From the IMG/VR virus record IMGVR_UViG_3300046747_000816, positions 1 through 37,551 of that record: 37,551 nucleotides of DNA; one strand, given 5' to 3'. The position numbers were made by a program, and so were the translations under genes. Of the stretch, positions 1-8,662 are shown piece after piece (position 1 is the stretch's first letter; each line of letters starts with the position of its first letter). This DNA comes from a virus. Its lineage: Duplodnaviria; Caudoviricetes. The notes under the pieces are model-generated. The model was not told the origin of the DNA and did not search any database. It saw nothing but the letters and a program-made list of their open reading frames with translations.

Positions 1-927
1 TCACGCTGCCGCCTCCTCTCCGGGGAACACCAAATCGCCAAGCGCGTCTTCTTCCGAAGGCAGCGCCCACGACGGGAACTCGAGCTCCATCTCGCCGCGC
101 GCGTAGCCGGGAAAATCGCCCGTCTCCTTGCACGCGTTCAGGCGCTGCAGCAGGTCGCGGTACCGCCGGCGCCCCATCTCGTACTCGACGGGTCGCAGCC
201 GGTAGACGCAGACGGGGTGCGGCGCCACGCTCTCGACCGCAATCCAGTAGAAGGGCAGCCGCACGCCCGTGCACGCGAAGTAGCCGTCGATGTAGAGGGC
301 GGCCTGGGCGTGATACTCGAGACGCGCCGATTCCTTCGCAAAGCCGATGGGGTCAGCGTGAATCGTGCTCTTCAGGTCGACCAGAGCGAACGGCTTCTCG
401 TTCCGCACCGCGACCTTGTCCACCCTCCCCTTCATCGCCATCACGAAGCCGAGCAGACCACCCACCGCCGGCTCATCGTGCTGCCAGCGCATTGACACTT
501 CGCGCGGCCCGACCAGGTACGGCTGCGCAGCGGGGCACGAGCGCACCGCCGTCGCGATGGCTGTGCACCAGTCGTGGTCGACCTCGCGCAACGGCACCCG
601 ATTCGTCTGCCGACAGTTCGCCTCGAAGGCTTCGTACGCGTTCGAGCTGCGGTTCTTGTTCGTCTTCGGCCACACCGCGTAAATCGTGCCGTCCGGCGTG
701 AGCGGCATCTTCTCGGCGAAGTGACCGCCGTACTTCTCCGGCTCGAGCGCGGCGACGTGGCCAGCTGCGCCACGGATGAGCAGGTCGCGGTCCTTCTCCT
801 CGGGGTGGTCCTTCGCGTGCTTCCAGTGCGCGGGGCTCTTGCCGATGAGCTTCAGAAGCGACCAGTTCTCGCCCTCGAGGTTGTCGTACTGAGCACGAGG
901 CAAGTCATAGAGCAGGCGCGCGGTCAT
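1..927 (-). CDS. PD-(D/E)XK exonuclease, RecE/exodeoxyribonuclease VIII-like (DUF3799 type)
   Basis: Motifs KGRVD...LVDLKST, YHAQAALYIDG, FYWIAVESVAPH, C-terminal FPGY; N-terminal SLLK..GKSPAHW and G.A.H...LEP. Confidence 0.85.
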   Translation of the reverse strand: MTARLLYDLPRAQYDNLEGENWSLLKLIGKSPAHWKHAKDHPEEKDRDLLIRGAAGHVAALEPEKYGGHFAEKMPLTPDGTIYAVWPKTNKNRSSNAYEAFEANCRQTNRVPLREVDHDWCTAIATAVRSCPAAQPYLVGPREVSMRWQHDEPAVGGLLGFVMAMKGRVDKVAVRNEKPFALVDLKSTIHADPIGFAKESARLEYHAQAALYIDGYFACTGVRLPFYWIAVESVAPHPVCVYRLRPVEYEMGRRRYRDLLQRLNACKETGDFPGYARGEMELEFPSWALPSEEDALGDLVFPGEEAAA

Positions 928-1295
928 TCGATGGTCTCCTCGGTGACTGAAATCTCGTGGGCCGACAGCGAGCCCGGCTCCTCGGCTTCGCGGCGCTCGC
1001 GGTCCCAGCGCAGGTTGTCGGCGTGCGTCAGCGCGGTCTCGTCGTCATCGGCCTGCCGCGTGTCGATGCGGTCGAGCCAGCGCTTCGTGTCGTTCGCGAT
1101 GACGCGCAGCTCGTCAGCGGTCAGCGGCGTGCGCAGTGCAGCGCGGCGGGCACGATCCGCATAGGTCTCGCGCGCCTCGCGCACCGCCGCTCGGACGAAG
1201 GCGAGGTTCAGTCGTTTGTATTCGGGTGAGCCGGTGGGCGCAGCGCGGATGAGGCGCTCGATGTCGCGCGAAGAGAGAGAGGGCTTCGCGGTCAT
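924..1295 (-). CDS. Hypothetical protein (123 aa, MTAKPSLSS...)
   Basis: ATG at 1295 overlaps the upstream TGA; stop overlaps the next start; GC3-rich codons. Confidence 0.7.
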   Translation of the reverse strand: MTAKPSLSSRDIERLIRAAPTGSPEYKRLNLAFVRAAVREARETYADRARRAALRTPLTADELRVIANDTKRWLDRIDTRQADDDETALTHADNLRWDRERREAEEPGSLSAHEISVTEETIE

Positions 1296-1621
1296 TGCCC
1301 GCCCCCCCGCCGAATCAGACGCACCTTCGAGCGCAGTCGCTCCTCGGGCGTCTCGGACACTGGGGGAGCAGCCGACGCGGCCTCGACGATGACGTCGTCG
1401 GGCGGCATCAGCTTGTAGTGAGTGATGGCGGCGTCGAGCGCGGCGACGTGGAGGTTGCCCTCGCGCTCCCACTGCCAATAGCGATCGTGCTCGATGGGCA
1501 CCTGTGTCGCCCAGAAAGCAAGGAAGGCATCACGGATGCTGGTCAGTTCGACTGCCATCGCGAGCGCGGTCAGCCGAACGCCGACCTTGTCGGAAACGAT
1601 GGCAACGGTGCGTGCACTCAC
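1292..1621 (-). CDS. Hypothetical protein
   Basis: GTGA coupling to the upstream gene and ATGA coupling downstream; an alternative GTG lies at 1624. Confidence 0.65.
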   Translation of the reverse strand: MSARTVAIVSDKVGVRLTALAMAVELTSIRDAFLAFWATQVPIEHDRYWQWEREGNLHVAALDAAITHYKLMPPDDVIVEAASAAPPVSETPEERLRSKVRLIRRGGGQ

Positions 1622-2067
1622 CACGACACCCCCAAGTCCATCGGGTCGCGCCCGCCCGAGTCGCGGCGCTCCGCTTCGATCTCCGCGTGCACGTCTTCGT
1701 CGTGGCCCCCGACACAGCCGCAGGTCTCGCAGGGCTCACCGTGGCAGTCGGCGACGTGCTTGCCGTCGAACTCGCCGCACTCGCGGCACTGCGTGTCCTC
1801 GTCGAGCAGCAGCGCCGCCATGCGCTCGGTCGGCACCTCGACGCTGAGCGTGGAGCGGCAGGAGCAGTTGCGCAGTTCAAGCCTGATGTCGGCGCGCTCG
1901 TTGCCGTTCTCGTCGTACTCCGCCTGGTGTCCGTCTCCACAGAGCGGTAGGCGCTCGAAGTCGGCGCGGGTCGCGAAGACGCGGCCGCAGCTGCACGTCT
2001 TGTAGGCGCCCTGCTCGCTGCTCGCTTCGTACTGCTGCTCGACTTCGGTCTCGACGTCTTTGCCCAT
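1618..2067 (-). CDS. Cys/His-rich putative zinc-binding protein, first gene of the leftward operon
   Basis: CSC, CSC, CREC...H...C, CETC...H motifs; GGGAG SD upstream; lies just downstream of the leftward promoter. Confidence 0.75.
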   Translation of the reverse strand: MGKDVETEVEQQYEASSEQGAYKTCSCGRVFATRADFERLPLCGDGHQAEYDENGNERADIRLELRNCSCRSTLSVEVPTERMAALLLDEDTQCRECGEFDGKHVADCHGEPCETCGCVGGHDEDVHAEIEAERRDSGGRDPMDLGVSW

Positions 2068-2102
2068 TTGGTGCGCTCCCGTGTTCCCGTTTTGATACCT
2101 CC

Positions 2103-2132
2103 ATTATTGGTACATGAAATATGGGCTGTCAA
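2103..2132 (-). promoter_or_regulatory. Leftward sigma70-type promoter
   Basis: TTGACA (2132-2127), 18-nt spacer, AATAAT (2108-2103) in an AT-rich intergenic gap. Confidence 0.75.
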
Positions 2133-2180
2133 GTGCCACCCATAACATTTGACCAACAGACATAGCCCATGTATCTTGTG
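2111..2180. promoter_or_regulatory. Inverted pair of candidate operators
   Basis: AGCCCATATTTCATGTA (minus, 2127-2111) versus AGCCCATGTATCTTGTG (plus, 2164-2180): 13/17 identical, each overlapping one promoter. Confidence 0.6.
2149..2177 (+). promoter_or_regulatory. Rightward sigma70-type promoter
   Basis: TTGACC (2149-2154), 17-nt spacer, TATCTT (2172-2177). Confidence 0.7.
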
Positions 2181-2224
2181 ACTGAACGATTGAGAAGTAG
2201 CGGGACCACCTGATGGAGGCCAAG

Positions 2225-2617
2225 ATGCTTGGAGTAAGAACTGCCGCCCCGAGAACCAGACCCACCGTGACCAAAGCGCGGCACAGAGCGTCCCCAACGT
2301 TGCTTCCTCAGCCGACGCGCCCGGACAAGCGCGTCTTCCTGCCGGAAGAGATGTGGTCTGCGCTGTCGCGAGCAGCCGAGTTTCACGAAGAGGCGTTCAA
2401 GAAGATGGGGCGCGACGAGGCCGTGTCGCGCAATCGCATCATCGAGAACTTCCTTGAGTGGGCGCTTGATACTTACTGGGAAGACAAGGGCGGGGAGCCG
2501 CCGGCGACCGGGCCCGAGCGCGAGAAGAAGCTCGCCACGTTCGCCGCGCAGATGCTCAAAGAAGAAGCTGAAGCCGCCGCAGAGTCGCACCCCGAGCCCA
2601 GCAGCAAGAGCCGGTAA
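2225..2617 (+). CDS. Ribbon-helix-helix (Arc/CopG-like) transcriptional regulator
   Basis: KRVFLPEEMWSALSRAA...VSRNRIIENFLEWAL fits a beta-helix-helix pattern; GGAGG SD before ATG 2225 (ORF is open from 2213). Confidence 0.65.
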   Translation: MLGVRTAAPRTRPTVTKARHRASPTLLPQPTRPDKRVFLPEEMWSALSRAAEFHEEAFKKMGRDEAVSRNRIIENFLEWALDTYWEDKGGEPPATGPEREKKLATFAAQMLKEEAEAAAESHPEPSSKSR

Positions 2618-2637
2618 ATCGGCCCCGGAGCGATTTC

Positions 2638-3090
2638 GTGCGTACCCCTGCGCCTTTGCGCGGCCGCGCCGCGCCTGTGTCAGATCCCTCGGCTAAGACG
2701 GCCGTGGCAGCTGAGAGCTGCCCGCCGTCGAGGCGGGAAGGACCAAGTGCCTCGACGAAATACGAAGGCAAGACGGATGTCCGAGATGGACGGGAAGTCG
2801 GGGAGCAAGAAGAAGAAGTTCAAGCTGTCGCTGCTTCAAACGATCAAGCTGTCCAAGGTGAAGCGACCACCGCTTCTCTTGCCCAGCAGGCGACGGCGCC
2901 GATCCTCCTGACGCTCGGCGAGCAGAGGGCCTTTCGCATGGGCGTGCTCGCGGCTGGCGGCGTCTTCGCCGACGCCGCCAAGTACGCGTGCGGCTGCCGT
3001 GAGCGCGTCGAGAACCTGCGCATCGCCATAGCGGGCCGCAGCGTCGAGTGCGAGGCGCCGAAGGAGTGGCCCCAGCGAGGTGGCGGGTGA
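2638..3090 (+). CDS. Hypothetical protein, start uncertain; only the 3' part (about 2880-3090) looks coding
   Basis: GC3-rich codons only after about 2880; the 5' part overlaps the basic ORF at 2747-2911. Confidence 0.4.
   Translation: MRTPAPLRGRAAPVSDPSAKTAVAAESCPPSRREGPSASTKYEGKTDVRDGREVGEQEEEVQAVAASNDQAVQGEATTASLAQQATAPILLTLGEQRAFRMGVLAAGGVFADAAKYACGCRERVENLRIAIAGRSVECEAPKEWPQRGGG
2747..2911 (+). CDS. Small highly basic peptide (54 aa; MPRRNTKARRMSEMDGKSGSKKKKFKLSLLQTIKLSKVKRPPLLLPSRRRRRSS); not in ORF track
   Basis: GGAAGGA SD before GTG 2747 (alternative ATG 2777); GC3-rich codons over 2777-2870. Confidence 0.5.
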   Translation: MPRRNTKARRMSEMDGKSGSKKKKFKLSLLQTIKLSKVKRPPLLLPSRRRRRSS

Positions 3091-3092
3091 GA

Positions 3093-3353
3093 CTACTCCG
3101 CCACCCACTCCTCGCGAGCGCCGGGGCAGGTCATCAGGCAGTCCTGCTGCTCGAGGCGGCACTGCTCTCTGCGCGTGCGCGCTGCGCCCATGCCGGCCAG
3201 GCCGCCGATGTTCTCGCGTGCGGCCTCGCAAGTCTTGGCGATGGCCGTGCACTCGCGCCAGCACTTGCCGCCCTCGTCGGTCTTCGCGACGAACACGTGC
3301 CGCACCATCGTGGGCGCGCAGCTGATCAACAGCATCGCGAAGAGCACTCGCAT
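3093..3353 (-). CDS. Cys-rich lipoprotein
   Basis: MRVLFAMLLISC signal with lipobox; six further Cys in CxxxC-type spacing. Confidence 0.75.
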   Translation of the reverse strand: MRVLFAMLLISCAPTMVRHVFVAKTDEGGKCWRECTAIAKTCEAARENIGGLAGMGAARTRREQCRLEQQDCLMTCPGAREEWVAE

Positions 3354-3356
3354 GGC

Positions 3357-3545
3357 TCACCTCTTCTTCAACTGCTCGTGGGACCACATCGCGAACCAGA
3401 GCAAAGAGACACCGCCGAGCGCCCCGATGGCTGCCCCAGCGCGCCACGGCATGCCGCCGAGCCGCGACAGAGGGGCGTAGATGGCGGCACCCACCGCCAT
3501 GCTGATCAGCGCCAGGTAGGCAGTGCGGCCCGAGCGTCTCCACAT
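3357..3545 (-). CDS. Small two-TM membrane protein
   Basis: Two hydrophobic segments; TAGGGT-N6-ATG leaderless-type -10 upstream. Confidence 0.65.
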   Translation of the reverse strand: MWRRSGRTAYLALISMAVGAAIYAPLSRLGGMPWRAGAAIGALGGVSLLWFAMWSHEQLKKR

Positions 3546-3574
3546 GTCGCAACCCTACTGCGGAGGGCGGCCGC

Positions 3575-3916
3575 GTGACCACGCTCGACGACAGGCTCGA
3601 TCGTCTCGAGGCGAAGATCGACGCGATCGTCGGCGCGCTGGGTCAGCCGGTGGCAGTTGATCAGCCCGAACTGCTCACTCCCGTAGCAGCGGCGAAGGCG
3701 CTCAGCATCTGCACGAAGACTCTGCGCGAGCACATCAAGCGCGGCCTCATTCGAACGGTGGCGGTTGGCAAGAGGTACCGCATTCCTCGCAGCGAGGTGC
3801 AGCGGTTCGCGGCGCCGAAGACTGCTGCCCCTCGAGGGAAACGCCGGGCCGCAGAGACGTACGACGCGCGCGCCGAGTACGAGAAGACGATGAAGCGGCT
3901 CGGGGGGCGACGATGA
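3575..3916 (+). CDS. xis: Excisionase / MerR-like HTH DNA-binding protein
   Basis: LLTPVAAAKALSICTKTLREHIKRGLIRTVAVGKRYRIPRSEV; GGAGG SD; near the integrase. Confidence 0.85.
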   Translation: MTTLDDRLDRLEAKIDAIVGALGQPVAVDQPELLTPVAAAKALSICTKTLREHIKRGLIRTVAVGKRYRIPRSEVQRFAAPKTAAPRGKRRAAETYDARAEYEKTMKRLGGRR

Positions 3917-4122
3917 GCCGCAAGCCGCAAGCCACGCGCCTGGTCCGGGCCCGCGCGAAGCTCCTCGATGCGGCAACCGAGGTCGCGTCGATCATCGGCG
4001 GCGAGCCCGACCAGAGCGATGAGCTCGGCGCCGAGCTGGCTGCGGCGCTCGGCGAACTCTACCGAGCGAACGACGAGTGGCAGCAGGCGCAGGTCGACTG
4101 GTACGCGGCGGGTGGCGCGTGA
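3913..4122 (+). CDS. Hypothetical protein
   Basis: ATGA-coupled to xis; helical 69 aa. Confidence 0.65.
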   Translation: MSRKPQATRLVRARAKLLDAATEVASIIGGEPDQSDELGAELAAALGELYRANDEWQQAQVDWYAAGGA

Positions 4123-4124
4123 CC

Positions 4125-5216
4125 TCAGCCCTTCACGCGCCGCAGGGGAATGACGTTCGTCGGCACGGCGACGTCGACATAGAAGCGCTCGGTCGTGCGC
4201 TTGTCCTTGTGCCCCAGGAAGCGCGCGACCTGCTCGGGCGCGGCGCCGGCCTCGACCGCCCAGGTCGCAACGCTGTGCCGCATCACGCCGAGCCCGAACT
4301 CGGGTACCTCGGCGGCGATGCACGCAGCGACGTGCTCCTTCTGCAGGTTGCGCGGCACTTCGCCCGAGGCCCTGAGACGCTCTGCTGCATCGAGGTGCTC
4401 GCGGTGGGTGATGGGCGTGCGCGCCAGCTCGCCGCCCTTGTGCCGAACCACGAGAACGGCAAGCACGTCGCCGCCCGCTTGGCGAAGCAGCTCGCCGCCG
4501 CGAATGAAGCGTTCGAGCTCGGTCACGTGCCAGCCCGTGGCGGTGAGCAGCAGCAGGCAATCGCGTCGGCGCTGAGCGTCGATGCCGGGCTCGAGCTTGT
4601 CATTCGGAGTGCGCTCGCGCGCGACGTCTTCGGCAGCGGTCTTCGCGAGGTACGCGAGCACGGCCTCGACGTTCTGCCAGGGCACCACCTTCCGCCGCCT
4701 GTGCTTCTCGGGCGAGCTCTGCGGCACCTTCAGGTCGAGCGTCGCGTCTTCGGCGGTGGTGAGCAGGCCTTTCTCGGTGCGCAGCCAGGTGAAGAAGCTC
4801 TTGATAGCGATGATGCGGTGCTTGCGAGCAGAGAGGCCGCTGAGCCCCTCGCGCAGCTGCCGGAGCGTCACCTTGCGCAGGTCGGTGCCGCCGAGCCTGA
4901 GCAGCCACACGGCCAGCTTGCGCCCGTGGTCGCGCGTGTACTTCCGCCCGTTGCCCTTCGCGTTCGAGAAGGTCTCCCACTCTTCGATGAGCTTGTCGGT
5001 CAGCTGCAGCTTGTCGCCGTCGCCACCCCCGGGGTTGTACTCGCCGGGGTTCGTCTCGAAGCGCTCGAGCTGAGCCTTCGCGGCGGTGAGGGTGTGAGCG
5101 CCGGTGCTGACGTGGAAGCGGCGCCCCTGAATCTTGCGCTCGATGATGAAGAGATCGAGCCCGTTCTTCTGCCGGTGGATGTACCCCGGCCAGCCTGGAA
5201 CCCGTCGGCGGCTCAT
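4125..5216 (-). CDS. int: Tyrosine recombinase (phage integrase)
   Basis: VRHKGG, MRHSVATW, FLGHKD and RFY catalytic-type motifs; start taken at MSRRRVPGW, although the frame is open to 5384. Confidence 0.92.
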   Translation of the reverse strand: MSRRRVPGWPGYIHRQKNGLDLFIIERKIQGRRFHVSTGAHTLTAAKAQLERFETNPGEYNPGGGDGDKLQLTDKLIEEWETFSNAKGNGRKYTRDHGRKLAVWLLRLGGTDLRKVTLRQLREGLSGLSARKHRIIAIKSFFTWLRTEKGLLTTAEDATLDLKVPQSSPEKHRRRKVVPWQNVEAVLAYLAKTAAEDVARERTPNDKLEPGIDAQRRRDCLLLLTATGWHVTELERFIRGGELLRQAGGDVLAVLVVRHKGGELARTPITHREHLDAAERLRASGEVPRNLQKEHVAACIAAEVPEFGLGVMRHSVATWAVEAGAAPEQVARFLGHKDKRTTERFYVDVAVPTNVIPLRRVKG

Positions 5217-5222
5217 GCCGGG

Positions 5223-5398
5223 GGTCCACAACAGGTCCACAATGGAGGGAGCACCATGTTCTATGACCCCGAGAGGAATCGAACCTCTGACCTTCGGTTT
5301 AGGAATCGCGCGACGACCGACGAGGGCCAACAGAATCACGAACCTGCAGGGAAGGCGAGGGAGCTGAAAGAACACCTCGTCCACAACAGGGCCACAAC
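5223..5398. repeat. Integrase arm-type direct repeats flanking the att core
   Basis: GGTCCACAACAGGTCCACAA (5223-5242) and GTCCACAACAGGGCCACAAC (5379-5398): four CCACAA units. Confidence 0.8.
5264..5305 (-). other. attP: attP core: 3' half of tRNA-Arg(CCT)
   Basis: TTCCTAA anticodon loop, ACCGAAGGTC, T-arm AGAGG-TTCGATT-CCTCT, acceptor strand CGGGGTC-A; 5' half absent; adjacent to int. Confidence 0.88.
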
Positions 5399-5488
5399 GA
5401 GAAAGGAGGTCGGTTCAGTCGCGCCCGCAGGTGACGCTACATGCCTTGCAGGTAGCTTTCCCGTTTTGGTGACAGCGGGGGTGCGCTG

Positions 5489-6402
<914 letters not shown>

Positions 6403-6403
<1 letters not shown>

Positions 6404-6735
6404 TGGCGCGCATCGCTCGCTCTGCGACGGAGAAGCAACTGGACCTACCGCCGTGCACTGTCTGCGGAGCGCCTGGGCCGCTCGCGTTTTGGCTCGAGCA
6501 GCTGTGCGAGCCGTGCCACGTGCGGTACCTCACCGAGAGGCCACCCGACTCGGCGCTCGAGCTCGCGCACGCCGACGCTCACCCCGAAGACGTCGAAATC
6601 CGCGGCAACCGCACGTACGTCGCCGCCGGCGAGGACCCGCGCTTTGTGCTGTTGAAGCCGGGCGTTTCGGCACGGGTTCTCGAGCAGCACGCGCGGGCAT
6701 GGGTTTCGAAGGCGCGAAAGCCGAGGGCTGCATGA
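6403..6735 (+). CDS. Zinc-finger hypothetical protein
   Basis: TGATG coupling; GGAGG SD; CTVC...CEPC. Confidence 0.7.
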
Positions 6736-7238
6736 GTGGTTGTGGATGCGAACAGTGCGAGCGAGCGCATGAGCGACAGTTGCGCGAGATGCGCGAGAGC
6801 CCCCCCACGGTGAATCCGGTCGACGCTGAGCGCTCTCGCATTCGCGCGAAGCTCATGTCGCCAATCGAGGAAGACTTTCTTCGCGCTTGGCTTGGCGGCG
6901 CACGGCCCGAGGTCGTCGGCGAGCGCCTGAAGGTCGGGCCGTGGTGGATCGAGCCGCAAGCCCACGTCGGTCCATTCCACGTCGACTTTGTGTGCGGCGT
7001 CGACTTCGGCAGCCTGTCGGCCGATCTCGTCGTCGAGCTCGACGGCCACGAGTTTCATCAGAAGACCGCAGAGCAGGTCGAGAGCGACCGCAAGCGTGAC
7101 CGCGCTTTTGTCCGGATCGGCGCGGTCGCGCTGCGCTTCACGGGCCGAGAAATCACGCGCAGCGCGAAGGCGTGCGTCGATGAAGTTCAAGCGCAGTTGA
7201 AGACGTGGGTCGACCGCGCGATCCGGAGGCGGGCGTGA
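6732..7238 (+). CDS. DUF559 / Vsr-like endonuclease
   Basis: SPIE...PQAHVGPFHVDF...LVVELDGHEFH...DRKRDR...LRFTGREI. Confidence 0.88.
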   Translation: MSGCGCEQCERAHERQLREMRESPPTVNPVDAERSRIRAKLMSPIEEDFLRAWLGGARPEVVGERLKVGPWWIEPQAHVGPFHVDFVCGVDFGSLSADLVVELDGHEFHQKTAEQVESDRKRDRAFVRIGAVALRFTGREITRSAKACVDEVQAQLKTWVDRAIRRRA

Positions 7239-7600
7239 CGCTCACCTTCGATCAGCGGCGAGCCGCGTGGCTCCTCGAGACCCAGCGCCGCACGAGCGCG
7301 GCTCAGCGCCGCCACGCCGAGAACGCTGCGGCCGAGCGCGGCGTCGAGTTCAAGGTCGACACATACGATCGGTTCAAGAAACCCGCGCCGAGCAGCACCG
7401 CCGCGGTCTTCGCTGCCCCCGGGGTTCCCCCCTCCCCCTCGGCGGGCGGCGTTGCTTTTCGTGACGAGCGCGACTGGTACGAGCTCCTGCGCGTCGAGCC
7501 CAAGCCGCGGCCGTACATGGAGTCGCGCCGCTGCTTCGTACCCGAGAACGTGCTGATCACCGGCGGCGAACGCTCGTGGCGCTGCGAGGTGCAGCCGTGA
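7235..7600 (+). CDS. Hypothetical protein
   Basis: GTGA coupling at both ends. Confidence 0.6.
   Translation: MTLTFDQRRAAWLLETQRRTSAAQRRHAENAAAERGVEFKVDTYDRFKKPAPSSTAAVFAAPGVPPSPSAGGVAFRDERDWYELLRVEPKPRPYMESRRCFVPENVLITGGERSWRCEVQP
7411..7460 (+). terminator. Possible intragenic intrinsic terminator
   Basis: About 14-bp GC-rich stem with one bulge (7411-7424 / 7437-7451) followed by TTGCTTTTC. Confidence 0.35.
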
Positions 7601-7917
7601 TCATGGTCGACGAGCTGCGCCTGTTCCCCGGCGCGAAGCCGCCGTTCCATCGCGGGAGTTGCCATCTGACGGTGTGGCCGCAGGCATTCGCCGATCTTGT
7701 TCGCCTCCACGACTTCGCTGCGCAGCTCGGCATGAAGCGGGAGTGGTTCCAGCGGCACCACAGCGCGCCGCACTACGACCTGACGCCGGCAAGGCGCGCT
7801 GACGCGCTGAAGCTCGGCGCCACGTTCGTGCCGGCCAAAGAGCAGGCACGGCGTCGGAAAGCGACCACGTCCACGCAGCACAGCAGCATGCAGTCCAACC
7901 CGCAGCACCCGAGGTGA
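7597..7917 (+). CDS. DUF4031 family protein
   Basis: MVDE...CHL...LHDFAAQLGMKREWFQ...PHYDLT...RADALKLGA. Confidence 0.85.
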   Translation: MIMVDELRLFPGAKPPFHRGSCHLTVWPQAFADLVRLHDFAAQLGMKREWFQRHHSAPHYDLTPARRADALKLGATFVPAKEQARRRKATTSTQHSSMQSNPQHPR

Positions 7918-7922
7918 GAACG

Positions 7923-8267
7923 ATGGGACGTCAGCAACAGCTCAAAGGCATGGAAACCGCGACCGGGGACGACGAGCTCGACGCCTTCGCGGAAGCGTTC
8001 AAGCGCAGTTCGAAGAAGCGCAAGGCGGCGCAGGACGCCGAGCTCGACGCGCGCTCGGTGCTCATCGACGCGATGAAGAAAAAGAAGCTCACGGTCTACG
8101 AGGACCGGCGCGTCGACCCGCCGCTGCTCGTGACGCTGGTGGCCGCCGAGAAGGTCAAGGTGCAGGCCATCGACGAAGAGGCAGATGCGGACGACGACAG
8201 CGACGTCGAGGTCGCTGAGGCCAGCGCACAGAAGGCCTCGAAAAAGAGTGCACCGGCGGAGGCGTGA
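7923..8267 (+). CDS. Hypothetical protein
   Basis: GAGGTG SD; strong codon bias; charged helical protein. Confidence 0.75.
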   Translation: MGRQQQLKGMETATGDDELDAFAEAFKRSSKKRKAAQDAELDARSVLIDAMKKKKLTVYEDRRVDPPLLVTLVAAEKVKVQAIDEEADADDDSDVEVAEASAQKASKKSAPAEA

Positions 8268-8662
8268 TGCCCAACACCTTCCGCGAAATCGTGGGAGAGG
8301 CCATCGGCGAGGCGTCCATGTGCTGGGCGCCTCCGCCGACCGGCGAGTTCGACTCCACCCGCGCATCAGCACTGATCGACCGAATCGACAAGGCCCACCT
8401 GGCGCAGTTCACGCCCGACATGGGCCACGAAAAGACCTTCGAGGAGCAGCTGCGCTCTCTGCTGAACACGTGGAGCAAAGAGAGCACATCGAACACCCCC
8501 GACTTCGTGCTGTGCCAGTTCATGGCGCGGAGCCTCGACGCGTTCGATAGCGCTGTGAACGCGCGCGACCACTGGTACGGCTTCAAGCCGTTCGACGCGA
8601 ACGCGCCTACCAACACGCCGCGCGCAACCTTCGCCGACATCGGGGGCACTGAACCGCGATGA
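8267..8662 (+). CDS. Phage hypothetical protein
   Basis: TGATG coupling; AIGEASMCW and SNTPDFVL...RDHWYG motifs resembling other small phage proteins. Confidence 0.75.
   Translation: MPNTFREIVGEAIGEASMCWAPPPTGEFDSTRASALIDRIDKAHLAQFTPDMGHEKTFEEQLRSLLNTWSKESTSNTPDFVLCQFMARSLDAFDSAVNARDHWYGFKPFDANAPTNTPRATFADIGGTEPR

Noticed and set aside
2670-2725. c-di-GMP-I (GEMM) riboswitch, suggested by CTCGGCTAA...GGCAGCTGAG..TGCC
   Set aside because: The 5' half (GGCAAA, GNRA hairpin, GACGCAAA) is absent; an Infernal search would settle it
5264-5340. Complete tRNA-Arg gene
   Set aside because: The 5' anticodon stem does not pair (GCGA versus ACCG), and there is no D-arm or 5' acceptor strand; it is an att core only
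5217-5384. 419-aa integrase start given by the ORF track
   Set aside because: The extension crosses the arm repeats and tRNA fragment and does not look protein-like; kept only as a hypothesis
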